A DNA stretch of 64,000 bases from Nitrospirota bacterium (GTDB lineage: Bacteria > Nitrospirota > UBA9217), in contig CAVVUN010000015.1 in the NCBI GenBank assembly GCA_963751455.1, forward strand, positions 608,001-672,000, given 5' to 3'. A model generated the notes under the pieces. The model had not been told where the DNA came from. It saw only the letters and a list, made by a program, of their open reading frames with translations, and searched no databases. Below, one piece after another: positions 29,351 to 38,646 of the stretch (its first letter is position 1; every line of letters starts with the position of its first letter). The position numbers were made by a program, and so were the translations under genes.

Positions 29351-30698
29351 GCTGAGCAGAAAAAAGACCATTCTGATAATCGATGATGACGAAATTTACT
29401 GCGATGCGATCAAGGACTACCTGGAGAAGGATTCCGTACAGGTGCTTGCAGTCCACACCGCCCGGAACGGCCTGGATATCTGCTCGAGGGACCAGGTCGA
29501 TGTCGTGCTTCTCGATCAGCAGTTGCCTGATGCCGAAGGGTATACGCTGTGTCCCACCATCCTCAAGCACAACGAGCAAACCAAAATCATTTTTGCGACG
29601 GCCTACCCGAGCTTCGAAAACGCCGTTAAAGCCCTGCAGGCAGGCGCCCACGATTATCTGACGAAGCCCTTTGAACTCGACGCCCTCAGGCTTGCAGTAG
29701 AAAGGGCATTGAGGACCGCTGAACTTGAAGGAATCGAGCAAATACAAACGTACCGCCGGGAAAAAGAGCGAAGCGAGGCGGTTCTCATCGGCGGGCCCGG
29801 ACTGGCCGATGTCACTCGGATGGTTGATCTTGCCGCATCCTCCGACTCACCCGTGCTCATAACGGGGGAGACTGGGACCGGGAAGACGCTCGTCGCCCAG
29901 GCGATCCATTACCGTGGCGCTTTCGGTGGAGCTCCCTTCGTCAGTATAAACTGCGCCGCGCTTCCCGAAAATCTCATAGAAGCGGAATTGTTTGGATACG
30001 ATAAGGGCGCCTTTACAGGCGCCATTGCCGCTAAACGGGGCATTTTCGAGATGGCTGAGGGAGGCACGCTGTTCCTTGACGAAATCGGTGAAATGCCGAT
30101 TCTGCTGCAGGCGAAACTGCTGAGCACTATCGAAGACAAAATTCTGAAGCGGCTGGGAAGCGAATCTTTTCGCCACGTCAATGTTCGTGTTATAGCGGCA
30201 ACGGGCGTTGACCTGGAGCAGGCGCTTGGAAAAACCTTCAGAAAGGACCTGTACTATCGTTTAAGTGTGATTCGCATTCATCTGCCGCCCCTTCGGGACC
30301 GCCGGCAGGATGTTACTCTGCTCTGCGATTATCTTCTGAAAAACATGGGATACCGCCATGCAGCTTTGTCCGAGGTGGAGCAGTCCAGATTGATGCAGTA
30401 TGACTGGCCCGGCAATGTACGCGAGCTCAAGAACATACTTGAGCGGGCCGTAATCCTGCAGAGAGGGTCCGAACTTAAACCGTCCATGCTTCTTCAATCA
30501 CCTGGAAGCGCGGTTTCCACGCCTGTTCCGGTTTCTCTGACTAACGATCGAATCATGCATATCGAGGAGTTGGAGAAGCAGTATATCCGCATGGCGCTTG
30601 AAAGGCTTTCAGGCAATCTTACACAGACTGCGAAGTCGCTCGGCCTGTCACTATCAACTCTTAAAAGAAAACTTAAGCAATACGAGAAAAATCAATAA
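29340..30698 (+). CDS. Sigma54-dependent response regulator (NtrC/AtoC family)
   Basis: Receiver domain, GETGTGKT, GAFTGA, LFLDEIGE, WPGNVREL and Fis-type HTH. Start uncertain (ORF open from 29295). Confidence 0.95.
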   Translation: MSTELSRKKTILIIDDDEIYCDAIKDYLEKDSVQVLAVHTARNGLDICSRDQVDVVLLDQQLPDAEGYTLCPTILKHNEQTKIIFATAYPSFENAVKALQAGAHDYLTKPFELDALRLAVERALRTAELEGIEQIQTYRREKERSEAVLIGGPGLADVTRMVDLAASSDSPVLITGETGTGKTLVAQAIHYRGAFGGAPFVSINCAALPENLIEAELFGYDKGAFTGAIAAKRGIFEMAEGGTLFLDEIGEMPILLQAKLLSTIEDKILKRLGSESFRHVNVRVIAATGVDLEQALGKTFRKDLYYRLSVIRIHLPPLRDRRQDVTLLCDYLLKNMGYRHAALSEVEQSRLMQYDWPGNVRELKNILERAVILQRGSELKPSMLLQSPGSAVSTPVPVSLTNDRIMHIEELEKQYIRMALERLSGNLTQTAKSLGLSLSTLKRKLKQYEKNQ

Positions 30699-30704
30699 GT
30701 TGCA

Positions 30705-30748
30705 TCAGAATGACCCTCCTGTTCAAATTGACCCGTTCAAAATAAACC
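30705..30748. promoter_or_regulatory. Tandem candidate enhancer (UAS) sites
   Basis: TCAGAATGACCC (30705) and TCAAATTGACCC (30723), each with a TCA-N3-TGA dyad, plus a degenerate third copy; about 100-130 nt upstream of the sigma54 site. Confidence 0.6.
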
Positions 30749-30790
30749 TGTTAGTAACTATTTGTATTCTTCTGCACTCAATCAACCTCA

Positions 30791-30803
30791 TAATTATTTG
30801 ATT
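30791..30803 (-). promoter_or_regulatory. IHF binding site
   Basis: Minus strand AATCAAATAATTA matches WATCAANNNNTTR and lies between the UAS and the -24/-12 element. Confidence 0.6.
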
Positions 30804-30831
30804 TTTATGCCTTCTTTCGATTGGTTGTTCA

Positions 30832-30847
30832 TGGCATTTCAATTGCT
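30832..30847 (+). promoter_or_regulatory. Sigma54 (-24/-12) promoter
   Basis: TGGCAT-TTCAA-TTGCT with exact GG-N10-GC spacing, directly downstream of a GAFTGA activator gene. Confidence 0.85.
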
Positions 30848-30858
30848 ATACAACAGTC

Positions 30859-31266
30859 ATGAAAAACATTCTTCTAGTCGATGACGAGCAGCCCATACTG
30901 GAATCGCTGGCAGAAGGCCTTCGCTCTTACGATGAAGACTGGAACATTCTGACCGCGGAAAACGGGGAGCAGGGCGCCGCTATCCTCGATTCTCAGCCGA
31001 TAGATGTTGTGGTAACGGACCTCAGAATGCCTGCCATGGACGGGTATGAGTTGCTGCTTCATATCAGAAGGACGAAACCTGACCTTCCCGTGATCGTAAT
31101 GACCGCTGAGTCGGTCCCGGACATGGAGTACCGTCTCATCCCTCTGGGCGCAGCCCAGTGCGTAAGGAAGCCATTCGATCTCAATGAAATGGCGACCAAC
31201 ATCTCGAGTCAACTTGCTTGGCTGGATTACAGAGGGGTACATGAAAAAAAATATTCTGCTAATTGA
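30859..31266 (+). CDS. Single-domain response regulator
   Basis: ILLVDDE, VVTDLRMPAMDG, VIVMTA and RKPF. Confidence 0.9.
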   Translation: MKNILLVDDEQPILESLAEGLRSYDEDWNILTAENGEQGAAILDSQPIDVVVTDLRMPAMDGYELLLHIRRTKPDLPVIVMTAESVPDMEYRLIPLGAAQCVRKPFDLNEMATNISSQLAWLDYRGVHEKKYSAN

Positions 31267-31654
31267 CGACAACAAATACCTCCTCGATGTATTTGTTATA
31301 CGGCTAACGATGTGTCTGAATAATTATAAAATTCTTACCGCTCCCAACGCCAGGCGCGGGATAGAGATACTGGGAGCGGTGCCGGTTGAATTTGTGCTTA
31401 CCGATCTCGATATGCCGGAGATCGACGGGTACCAGTTCATCGAATATGCAAAAAAGCACTATCCGTCAGTTCCGGTGTTCGCCATGACGAACCATTGCTC
31501 GGCCGATGTTGCCAAGCGCCTTCAGTCGCTTGGTATCAACGATTGCATAGAGAAGCCGTTCCTGGTCGAGGAAGTGACGTATCGGATTATGAGCAGGTTA
31601 AAGGAAAGCCTGACTGCAATGAAAATTGATCAGCGGCTGGTTCCGAGCAATTGA
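31241..31654 (+). CDS. Single-domain response regulator
   Basis: MKKNILLIDD, VLTDLDMPEIDG and EKPF; SD GAGGGG. Confidence 0.88.
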   Translation: MKKNILLIDDNKYLLDVFVIRLTMCLNNYKILTAPNARRGIEILGAVPVEFVLTDLDMPEIDGYQFIEYAKKHYPSVPVFAMTNHCSADVAKRLQSLGINDCIEKPFLVEEVTYRIMSRLKESLTAMKIDQRLVPSN

Positions 31655-31710
31655 CGGCAACCGGCCATCAGCATTCAGCTATAGGTAAAAGCTGACAATT
31701 GCTTAGCTAA
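31654..31710. repeat. TCAGC/GCTGA heptamer-unit hairpin
   Basis: ACGGCAA CCGGCCA TCAGCAT TCAGCTA ... GCTGACA..., ending at the SD of the sigma gene; similar to 34153-34200. Confidence 0.45.
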
Positions 31711-31720
31711 GGAGGCGCTT

Positions 31721-32707
31721 GTGAATGATTGGATGAAACCCGTCGACGACGTAATGGTGATGGAGCACTATGGAGCCGAACATGAAACAAGCGACGGCTA
31801 CCCGGTTGAACGAGGCCGGGAAGTTGAAGATGAGCATGCCGAGGACGGTCCCCGGAAAACACGGGAGAAAAAGGGCGGCAGTATCGATTCAGTAAAATGC
31901 TATCTGAAGGAAATACGCAAGTCCCCGCTTCTGACATTCGCGGAAGAGCAGGAACTCGGCAAGAGGATATCCGAGGGCGATATGGAAGCGCGCACCAAGA
32001 TGATAGAGGCAAATCTTCGCCTGGTTGTGGCAATCGCGAAAAAGTACGTTAATCGGGGGCTGTCGTTTTCGGACATTATCGCTGAGGGCAATCTCGGGCT
32101 GATTCGGGCGGTTGAAAAATTCGATTATCGCAAGGGTTTCAAGCTGAGTACGTATGCTTCGTGGTGGATCAAGCAGTACATAGAACGGGCATTCGTTAAC
32201 CAACTGAGCACGATTCGCCTTCCCGTGCATGTGGCGGAAGTAGTCAACCAGTACAAACGAACGACAACGCACCTTACCCAGGACCTGGAACGGGAACCGA
32301 CGATGGAGGAAGTGGCCTGGAAAATGAACATCCCGGTTGAAAAGGTGCGCAGCATTTCCCAGGTGGTGCGCGAGACTTTTTCGCTGGACACAATCATCGG
32401 CGACAAGGATGAAGATACGCTCGAGGACGTTCTCAAGGACACTGCTGCCGTTTTGCCCGACAGTTATTCCGAAACGATTCGCAGAAAAGATTATATCAAC
32501 GAGTGGCTGTCAAGGCTTACTGAATGCGAGCGCCGCGTGATCGAACAGCGATTCGGCCTCAACGACGGTGAACCGAAAACTCTCGACAGCATCGGCAAGG
32601 AATACAAAATAACCCGTGAACGCGTCCGGCAGATAGAGAACAAGGCGCTGAACAAGCTGAGAAATATTACGCGGGAAGAGAATATAGCGCTGGAAGGAAT
32701 GCTGTAA
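31721..32707 (+). CDS. RpoS-like group 2 sigma70 factor
   Basis: Region 1.2 [10 protein letters not shown], region 2 EANLRLVV...[13 protein letters not shown]...[15 protein letters not shown], region 4 TRERVRQIE; no region 1.1; GTG start after AAGGAGG. Confidence 0.9.
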   Translation: MNDWMKPVDDVMVMEHYGAEHETSDGYPVERGREVEDEHAEDGPRKTREKKGGSIDSVKCYLKEIRKSPLLTFAEEQELGKRISEGDMEARTKMIEANLRLVVAIAKKYVNRGLSFSDIIAEGNLGLIRAVEKFDYRKGFKLSTYASWWIKQYIERAFVNQLSTIRLPVHVAEVVNQYKRTTTHLTQDLEREPTMEEVAWKMNIPVEKVRSISQVVRETFSLDTIIGDKDEDTLEDVLKDTAAVLPDSYSETIRRKDYINEWLSRLTECERRVIEQRFGLNDGEPKTLDSIGKEYKITRERVRQIENKALNKLRNITREENIALEGML

Positions 32708-32803
32708 TTTCTTTAGTTTGTCTGGCTTGTCCGGTTTTTTTGTCGTTTTGTTGATACAAAACCAAAGAAACTAAAAACCCAAACAAACTGAACAAACTGA
32801 ATA
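32708..32803. repeat. Nonamer-unit intergenic hairpin
   Basis: TTTCTTTAG TTTGTCTGG CTTGTCCGG ... CCAAAGAAA ... CCAAACAAA CTGAACAAA CTGAATA. Confidence 0.6.
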
Positions 32804-32820
32804 GCGTTTTAAGGAAATAT

Positions 32821-33024
32821 ATGGCACGGTTTTACGATGGTCCGGAAACGTACTCTCAAAAACTAGACGAACCGAATTCAGCAACCGTGGTCTATTGCAA
32901 GATTTTCAGGGACGTTGTCACTGACGCCGTATGCGTGCTGAGAAGACAGAACCTGGCGATGAAGAGTGCTTTTTCCTGCAACGGATGCATCATGAATACT
33001 GCCCTTGACCAGCGTTCATGCTGA
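32821..33024 (+). CDS. Small Cys-rich hypothetical protein
   Basis: 67 aa, SD AAGGA, pattern C-x11-C-x14-CxxC plus a terminal Cys; co-oriented within the operon. Confidence 0.55.
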   Translation: MARFYDGPETYSQKLDEPNSATVVYCKIFRDVVTDAVCVLRRQNLAMKSAFSCNGCIMNTALDQRSC

Positions 33025-33119
33025 CGCCAAGCCGGAAATGAGCACGCCAGTCTGTCTCTCGAACAGCATCACTTCCCTGTCAAAGCCGATTCCGCGAGCT
33101 GTTGAGAAAGGCCGACTCA

Positions 33120-33506
33120 ATGAAAAATATCCTTATCATCGACGATGACGAATTCATATTATTCGGACTTTCAAAAGCTCTCGGCACGTACGCCAGAAAT
33201 TCCGAGGTGCTTACCGCACAGCACGGGAAACAGGCAGTTGAAATTCTCAACTCCCGTCCGGTTGATCTTATCGTTACCGATCTTAAGATGCCGCTCATGA
33301 ATGGCTACGAAGTAGTGGCGTATGCCAACGAGAAGTATCCCCAGATACCGGTTTACGTTATGACCGGCGACTATCTTCCTGACGTCAGGCAGCGGTTCGG
33401 GCCGGCGTCTGTTTTCGGGTTCGTGTCCAAGCCGTTCAGCTTCCGTCAGTTTGCGGCCGATATCTCATCGAAACTCTTTCCCAGTGAGCAGGAAGCCGCA
33501 GTATAA
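33120..33506 (+). CDS. Single-domain response regulator
   Basis: MKNILIIDDD, IVTDLKMPLMNG, VMTG and SKPF. Confidence 0.9.
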   Translation: MKNILIIDDDEFILFGLSKALGTYARNSEVLTAQHGKQAVEILNSRPVDLIVTDLKMPLMNGYEVVAYANEKYPQIPVYVMTGDYLPDVRQRFGPASVFGFVSKPFSFRQFAADISSKLFPSEQEAAV

Positions 33507-33546
33507 ACCCGCTCGTCAATCTCCCTCTTGGCATCACACCTAAACC

Positions 33547-33574
33547 TTGACTTAGCCCCTCATTATGCTATTCT
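33547..33574 (+). promoter_or_regulatory. Sigma70-family promoter of the pentose phosphate cluster
   Basis: TTGACT-N16-TATTCT with TGC directly before the -10. Confidence 0.5.
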
Positions 33575-33700
33575 TTTATCATAAGAGCCCACTCTCTAAA
33601 AAATGAAATGATTCAATACGATATCAAAGAAGCGCTCGACGATTAAAGAAACAGCGGTCACGGCGTCGCGAATGCGGTGAGATAAAGGAAGGCGGACCCA

Positions 33701-34195
33701 GTGCGGCTGGCAATCGCCGCCGACCACGGCGGCTATCTTTTAAAAAATGAAATAGCAAACTTCCTTCGCCGGCAAGGGCATACGGTTAACGACTTGGGCA
33801 CGAACCGGCCGGACTCCGTGGATTACCCGGATTATGCGCGCTCCATCGCGAGCGCAATTCTCGAAGGGAAAACGGACCGGGCCATCTTTATCTGCGGCAG
33901 CGGTGTCGGTGCAGGTATCGCGGTCAATAAATTCCCGGGTATTCGGGCAAGTGTTTGCCACGATTCCTTCTCGGCGCATCAGGGTGTGGAGGATGATGAT
34001 ATGAATGTTCTCTGCCTCGGCGCCCGTGTCGTAGGGCCTGAGCTTGCGAAAGATATCGTTCGCACGTTCCTGACCGCGGTTTTTTCGGGGGCTGAACGGC
34101 ATGTGCGGAGGGTCGGCAAGATAGCGGAGATTGAGAAAGAATTTATGCGCGATCAGCAATCAGCAGTCAGCGGCCACTTGAAAGCCAAGTGCTGA
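33701..34195 (+). CDS. rpiB: Ribose-5-phosphate isomerase B
   Basis: AADHGG, VDYPD, ICGSGVG, NKFPGIRA, NVLCLGAR and RHVRRV. Confidence 0.95.
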   Translation: MRLAIAADHGGYLLKNEIANFLRRQGHTVNDLGTNRPDSVDYPDYARSIASAILEGKTDRAIFICGSGVGAGIAVNKFPGIRASVCHDSFSAHQGVEDDDMNVLCLGARVVGPELAKDIVRTFLTAVFSGAERHVRRVGKIAEIEKEFMRDQQSAVSGHLKAKC

Positions 34196-34200
34196 CGGCG
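34153..34200. repeat. TCAGC heptamer hairpin overlapping the rpiB 3' end
   Basis: TCAGCAA TCAGCAG TCAGCGG c CACTTG aaagc CAAGTG CTGACGGC. Confidence 0.55.
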
Positions 34201-34226
34201 CAGAGTTTCTTCACAAAGGAGTTCTC

Positions 34227-35177
34227 ATGAAACTGGGATACATCGGTCTTGGCAAGATGGGCTACAATATGGTGGAACTGCTTCTCGAAAAGCACTACGA
34301 GGTCGTCGTTTACAACAGGAGCGTAGAGCCGGTGAACAGGATAGCCCGGCAGGGCGCCCTCCCTGCTCAGTCGATAGGCGGCCTCATTGCGGCGCTCTCG
34401 GCCCCCCGTCTCGTCTGGCTCATGGTCCCCCATGCTGCGGTGGATACAGTCCTGAAGGAAGTGATACCGCTTCTCTCGACCGGTGATGTCATCATAGACG
34501 GAGGTAACTCTCCATACAAAGAGACGATACGCAGGGCAAAAGAACTCGAAGCAAAGAAGATCGATTTTCTCGATGCGGGCACCAGCGGCGGACCGAACGG
34601 CGCCCGGACCGGGGCGTGCATCATGGTCGGGGGCAAAAAAGAGGTTTTCACCAGGTATGAAAAGCTCTTTCGCGATCTGTCTGCCGAGAACGGTTACGCC
34701 TATTTCGGACAATCCGGCGCCGGCCATTTCGTCAAAATGGTCCATAACGGCATTGAATACGGCATGATGCAGGCCCTTGCCGAAGGATTTTCGATCATGA
34801 AGGAGTCGCCCTTCAAGCTCGATTTGATGAAAATCGCCGACCTTTATAATCACCGGAGTGTCATCGAGTCGCGGCTGGTCGGGTGGTTGAAATCGGCATT
34901 CGCCCAGTACGGGACCGAGCTGAAGGGCATCTCCGGTTCAGTTGCCCAAAGCGGTGAAGGCACGTGGACCGTGGAGGCAGCCAGGGAATTCGGGGTGGCT
35001 GTTTCCGTCATCGAGGCCGCCCTCGAATTCCGTCTTCAGTCTTTGAAAAAGCCAAGCTACGCCGGACAGATCGTATCGGCCCTCCGGAACCAGTTCGGCG
35101 GACACGAAGTAAAAGAGGGAGAAACAGGGAATTCCGCCGTCAAGGGGGAGACAGTTAAAAAAAGCAGAATGGCATGA
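34227..35177 (+). CDS. gnd: 6-phosphogluconate dehydrogenase, short-chain (YqeC-like) type
   Basis: GLGKMG, IDGGNS, DAGTSGG, GAGHFVKMVHNGIEYG and ALRNQFGGH. Confidence 0.93.
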   Translation: MKLGYIGLGKMGYNMVELLLEKHYEVVVYNRSVEPVNRIARQGALPAQSIGGLIAALSAPRLVWLMVPHAAVDTVLKEVIPLLSTGDVIIDGGNSPYKETIRRAKELEAKKIDFLDAGTSGGPNGARTGACIMVGGKKEVFTRYEKLFRDLSAENGYAYFGQSGAGHFVKMVHNGIEYGMMQALAEGFSIMKESPFKLDLMKIADLYNHRSVIESRLVGWLKSAFAQYGTELKGISGSVAQSGEGTWTVEAAREFGVAVSVIEAALEFRLQSLKKPSYAGQIVSALRNQFGGHEVKEGETGNSAVKGETVKKSRMA

Positions 35178-35200
35178 TTTGTACTCAGTTTCAAGTAGCG

Positions 35201-35324
35201 GAGTGTAAGGAGTGTCAGACACTTGAAGTGTCAAAGAGTCAAAGTATCAAAGGATCGATTTGGCGGGCGGCGTCAATCTCGCATTATCACTTTGACACTC
35301 TGATACTCTGATACTTCGGAACTC
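35201..35324. repeat. Octamer-unit intergenic hairpin
   Basis: AGTGTCAA AGAGTCAA AGTATCAA ... TTGACACT CTGATACT CTGATACT. Confidence 0.7.
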
Positions 35325-35340
35325 AAAGATGGTGATTCTC

Positions 35341-36225
35341 ATGAGACCTGAAAATTTAAAAACAAGGATTTTTCTGGACGGGGGGAACCCGGACGAAACC
35401 GCGGAGGTAATGCGGCTTCTCGGTTTTCTCGACGGCCAGACCACGAACCCGACGCTCATTTCAAAACATCCCGCGGCGCGTGAACGGCTGTCCCAGGGGG
35501 GAAGGTTCAGCGAACACGACGTGCTCGATTTTTATCGCGGCGTTGTAAAGACCATTTCCGGCTTAATCCCCGGCGGTTCGGTCTCGGTTGAAGTTTACGC
35601 TGACGCTTCGACCTTGGCTGACAAAATGCTCGAGCAGGGCAGGGAGATGTTTTCCTGGATTCCCAACGCGCATATCAAGTTTCCGACTTCGGAACAGGGC
35701 CTCAAGGCGGCTGAACAGGCCGTCAAGGAAGGACTCCGCGTAAATATGACGCTCTGCTTCTCGCAGGAACAGGCGGCATCGGTGTATGCGGCAACCCTGG
35801 GCGCCCGGAAAGGTCAGGTCTTCGTCTCACCGTTTATCGGGCGGCTCGACGACCGAGGTGAGAAAGGCATGGACCTGATCGCGAATATCGTCTGCATGTA
35901 CGCGCAGGGCGACGGCCACGTTGAAGTCCTGACGGCAAGCGTCAGAAATCTCGACCACCTCCTGTACGCGCTCAAACTGGGGAGCGACATAGTGACCGTT
36001 CCCTTTCAAATTTTGAAGACCTGGGGCGAACAAGGAATGCCGCTGCCCGACAAGGATTACCGGTACGAAGGGAAATCACTCACACCGATTTCGTATAAAG
36101 AGATCGGCCTCGACCGGAAATGGCAGGAGTACGACATCCGGCATGATTTGACCGTCAAAGGGATGGAGCGTTTTTCCGCAGACTGGAACGGGTTGATACT
36201 GTCCGAAAAAAGGAAGATAGCCTGA
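35341..36225 (+). CDS. tal: Transaldolase
   Basis: IFLD, GQTTNPTL, SVSVEV (Glu), HIKFP (Schiff-base Lys), VNMTLCFS and SPFIGR (Phe, the transaldolase rather than FSA pattern). Confidence 0.88.
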   Translation: MRPENLKTRIFLDGGNPDETAEVMRLLGFLDGQTTNPTLISKHPAARERLSQGGRFSEHDVLDFYRGVVKTISGLIPGGSVSVEVYADASTLADKMLEQGREMFSWIPNAHIKFPTSEQGLKAAEQAVKEGLRVNMTLCFSQEQAASVYAATLGARKGQVFVSPFIGRLDDRGEKGMDLIANIVCMYAQGDGHVEVLTASVRNLDHLLYALKLGSDIVTVPFQILKTWGEQGMPLPDKDYRYEGKSLTPISYKEIGLDRKWQEYDIRHDLTVKGMERFSADWNGLILSEKRKIA

Positions 36226-36227
36226 GC

Positions 36228-37793
36228 ATGGTTCGTAATCCCGTTCAAGAGACCCCGGCGCAGATAATGCCCGGGTTCGAGCCGAAATACCGGACAGTCG
36301 AAAACTGCGATATCGAGGTGCCGCCGCCGACTGCGTTGATCATATTCGGGGCATCCGGCGACCTGGCGCACCGGAAACTTCTTCCGTCGCTCTACCGGCT
36401 TTACAAAAGCGGAGTGCTGACGGACGATTTCTTTATACTGGGCACCAGCCGGGTGCGTATGACGACCGAGCAGTTCCGGGCGAGCACACTGGAAGCGGTT
36501 CAGGCAGCCTATCCGTCCGAATTCGACCGAGAGGTCTGGGACACCCTCGCTTCGAAAATCTACTACAGCACCTTCGAGTATGGTAATCCTGCCTCGTATA
36601 CGCGCGATCTTGTCGATATACTTCCGAAACTGGAAACCAGGCACCGGACCAAGGGAAACCGGATTTTTTACCTTGCCATACCTCCGACCGTTTTTCAGGA
36701 GGTAATCCACAACCTGGGGGCGGCGGGTCTTTCGCGGGAGGATAAAGGCTGCAGTCATATCGTCATAGAAAAGCCGTTCGGAAGCGACCTTGCATCGGCC
36801 CGGAAGCTGAACCGCCTGATCCATGCCTATTATAAGGAGAGCCAGATATTCCGTATCGACCACTACCTCGCAAAAGAGACCGTACAGAATATTCTCATGT
36901 TCCGTTTTGCGAACTCGATTTTCGAGCCGCTCTGGAACAGGCGGTACGTCGATCACGTCGAGATAACCGCGGCCGAAACGATAGGCGTGGAACACCGCGC
37001 CGGATACTACGAGGAAGCGGGCGTCATACGGGACATGTTTCAAAACCACATGTTTCAGCTGCTCTGTCTTACTGCGATGGAGCCGCCCGCCGTATTCATA
37101 GCGGACCGTGTTCTGGACGAAAAAGCCAAAGTCCTTCGTTCAATGAGGCGGTTTGCGCTTGACTCGCTCGAGGAGTATCTCGTATTGGGCCAGTATACAG
37201 AGGGAGAGGTCGACGGGAAAAGAGCGCTGTCGTACCGCGAGGAAGAGTCGGTGTCGCCCCAATCTTACACGCCGACTTTTGCTGCAATGAAGATCTATAT
37301 CGACAACTGGCGCTGGCATGGCGTTCCTTTTTACCTCCGCTCCGGCAAACGGCTTGCGAGAAGAAAAACCGAGATATCGATTCACTTTAAGGAAGTGCCG
37401 CATTCCATGTTCCCGGATTCGGTCAGCGGCCCGATTACACCGAACAGCCTGTCTCTGAAAATCCAGCCAGATGAAGGCATGAGCCTTTCATTCCAGACGA
37501 AGCAGCCGGGGACCAAGGTCTGTCTCAACCCGGTGCAGATGACCTATTCGTATCCGCGGGGTGTATTGCTTGACGCATATGAATGGGTGTTGCTCGACTG
37601 TATGCTGGGCGATCACATGCTGTTTATGCGCGAGGACGGTGTGGAACTCGCCTGGTCGGCCTTGACACCGGTTCTTGACGCACTTCAGTCCGGCAAGCGG
37701 GTTCCGCTGCAGTTCTATTCGGCCGGATCGCAAGGGCCCAAGGAAGGCATGAGTTTGATACGGCAAAACGGCCGGTCATGGAGGGAACTGTGA
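36228..37793 (+). CDS. zwf: Glucose-6-phosphate 1-dehydrogenase
   Basis: FGASGDLA, EKPFG, RIDHYLAKE, RDMFQNH and GVPFYLRSGK. Confidence 0.97.
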   Translation: MVRNPVQETPAQIMPGFEPKYRTVENCDIEVPPPTALIIFGASGDLAHRKLLPSLYRLYKSGVLTDDFFILGTSRVRMTTEQFRASTLEAVQAAYPSEFDREVWDTLASKIYYSTFEYGNPASYTRDLVDILPKLETRHRTKGNRIFYLAIPPTVFQEVIHNLGAAGLSREDKGCSHIVIEKPFGSDLASARKLNRLIHAYYKESQIFRIDHYLAKETVQNILMFRFANSIFEPLWNRRYVDHVEITAAETIGVEHRAGYYEEAGVIRDMFQNHMFQLLCLTAMEPPAVFIADRVLDEKAKVLRSMRRFALDSLEEYLVLGQYTEGEVDGKRALSYREEESVSPQSYTPTFAAMKIYIDNWRWHGVPFYLRSGKRLARRKTEISIHFKEVPHSMFPDSVSGPITPNSLSLKIQPDEGMSLSFQTKQPGTKVCLNPVQMTYSYPRGVLLDAYEWVLLDCMLGDHMLFMREDGVELAWSALTPVLDALQSGKRVPLQFYSAGSQGPKEGMSLIRQNGRSWREL

Positions 37794-38545
37794 CCGTACA
37801 GGCGCGTCCGTGCGTCCGGGTCTTTGATGATATCGGGACGCTGAGCCGCGCTGCTGCGGACTTTTTTCTATTTTGTGCGGGCCGCAGCATTGAGGCGGAA
37901 GGCCGGTTTTCCGTGGCCTTGTCCGGAGGCGCCACACCTGAACGACTGTACTCGCTTCTTGCAGACGCTCCCTTCCGGGAGGCAATTTCGTGGGAACGTG
38001 TGCATTTTTTCTGGTCGGACGAACGATGCGTGCCGCCCGACCATCCCGAAAGCAACTTCCGGCTGGCATATGATACTTTCCTGTCCGGACTTTCTCTGCC
38101 TGGGCCGAATATTCACCGGATACATGGAGAAGAGTCGCCGGCTGCGGCTGCGGCCCTGTATGAAAAGGACGTCAGGGATTATTTCAACGGAATGCCCCGC
38201 TTCGATCTTATTCTGCTCGGCATAGGCAATGACGGTCATACTGCCTCTCTCTTTCCGGCCTCACCTGCCCTCCGGGAAACAACGCGAATGGCTGTTCCCG
38301 TTTACCTCGGACAGGAGAAGAGGGACCGGGTCACGCTGACGGTGCCGGCGCTGAACAATGCGCGCGTGCTGCTCTTCCTCGCTTCAGGAAGCAACAAAGC
38401 TGATGTTGTTTCAGCCGCTCTGGAAGGCGGCGATCGCGGATGCTGCCCTGCCGGTCTCATAGCACCCGCTTTCGGCGAGGTGATCTGGATGGTCGACCGG
38501 GAAGCCGGGAGCAAGCTGCGAAGATCATCGAGGGACGAGGGATGA
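37790..38545 (+). CDS. pgl: 6-phosphogluconolactonase
   Basis: VALSGGATP, DERCVPPDHPESN, LLGIGNDGHTASLFP and RVTLT. GTGA overlap with the zwf stop; alternative start 37778. Confidence 0.95.
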   Translation: MTVQARPCVRVFDDIGTLSRAAADFFLFCAGRSIEAEGRFSVALSGGATPERLYSLLADAPFREAISWERVHFFWSDERCVPPDHPESNFRLAYDTFLSGLSLPGPNIHRIHGEESPAAAAALYEKDVRDYFNGMPRFDLILLGIGNDGHTASLFPASPALRETTRMAVPVYLGQEKRDRVTLTVPALNNARVLLFLASGSNKADVVSAALEGGDRGCCPAGLIAPAFGEVIWMVDREAGSKLRRSSRDEG

Positions 38546-38610
38546 AGGACGATGCGGGGCACAAAATCGTCCATCGTCCGAGCGAACGAAGTGAGTGGTC
38601 GTCTGTCGTC
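38529..38610. repeat. GACGA/TCGTC heptamer-unit hairpin, overlapping the pgl stop
   Basis: CGAGGGACGAGGGATGAAGGACGA...AAATCGTCCATCGTCCGAGCGA...; homologous to 21394-21474. Confidence 0.8.
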
Positions 38611-38646
38611 ACTCGGTTTTTACTGCGAAGAAAGGAAGGAGCGATC

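Noticed and set aside
33019-33060. TGC-TGA as possible Cys-Sec read-through (same at the rpiB end)
   Set aside because: No convincing SECIS hairpin and the extension is featureless.
35201-35324. Short repeats as a CRISPR array or IS ends
   Set aside because: Units are 7-9 nt with no unique spacers, and there are no cas or transposase genes.
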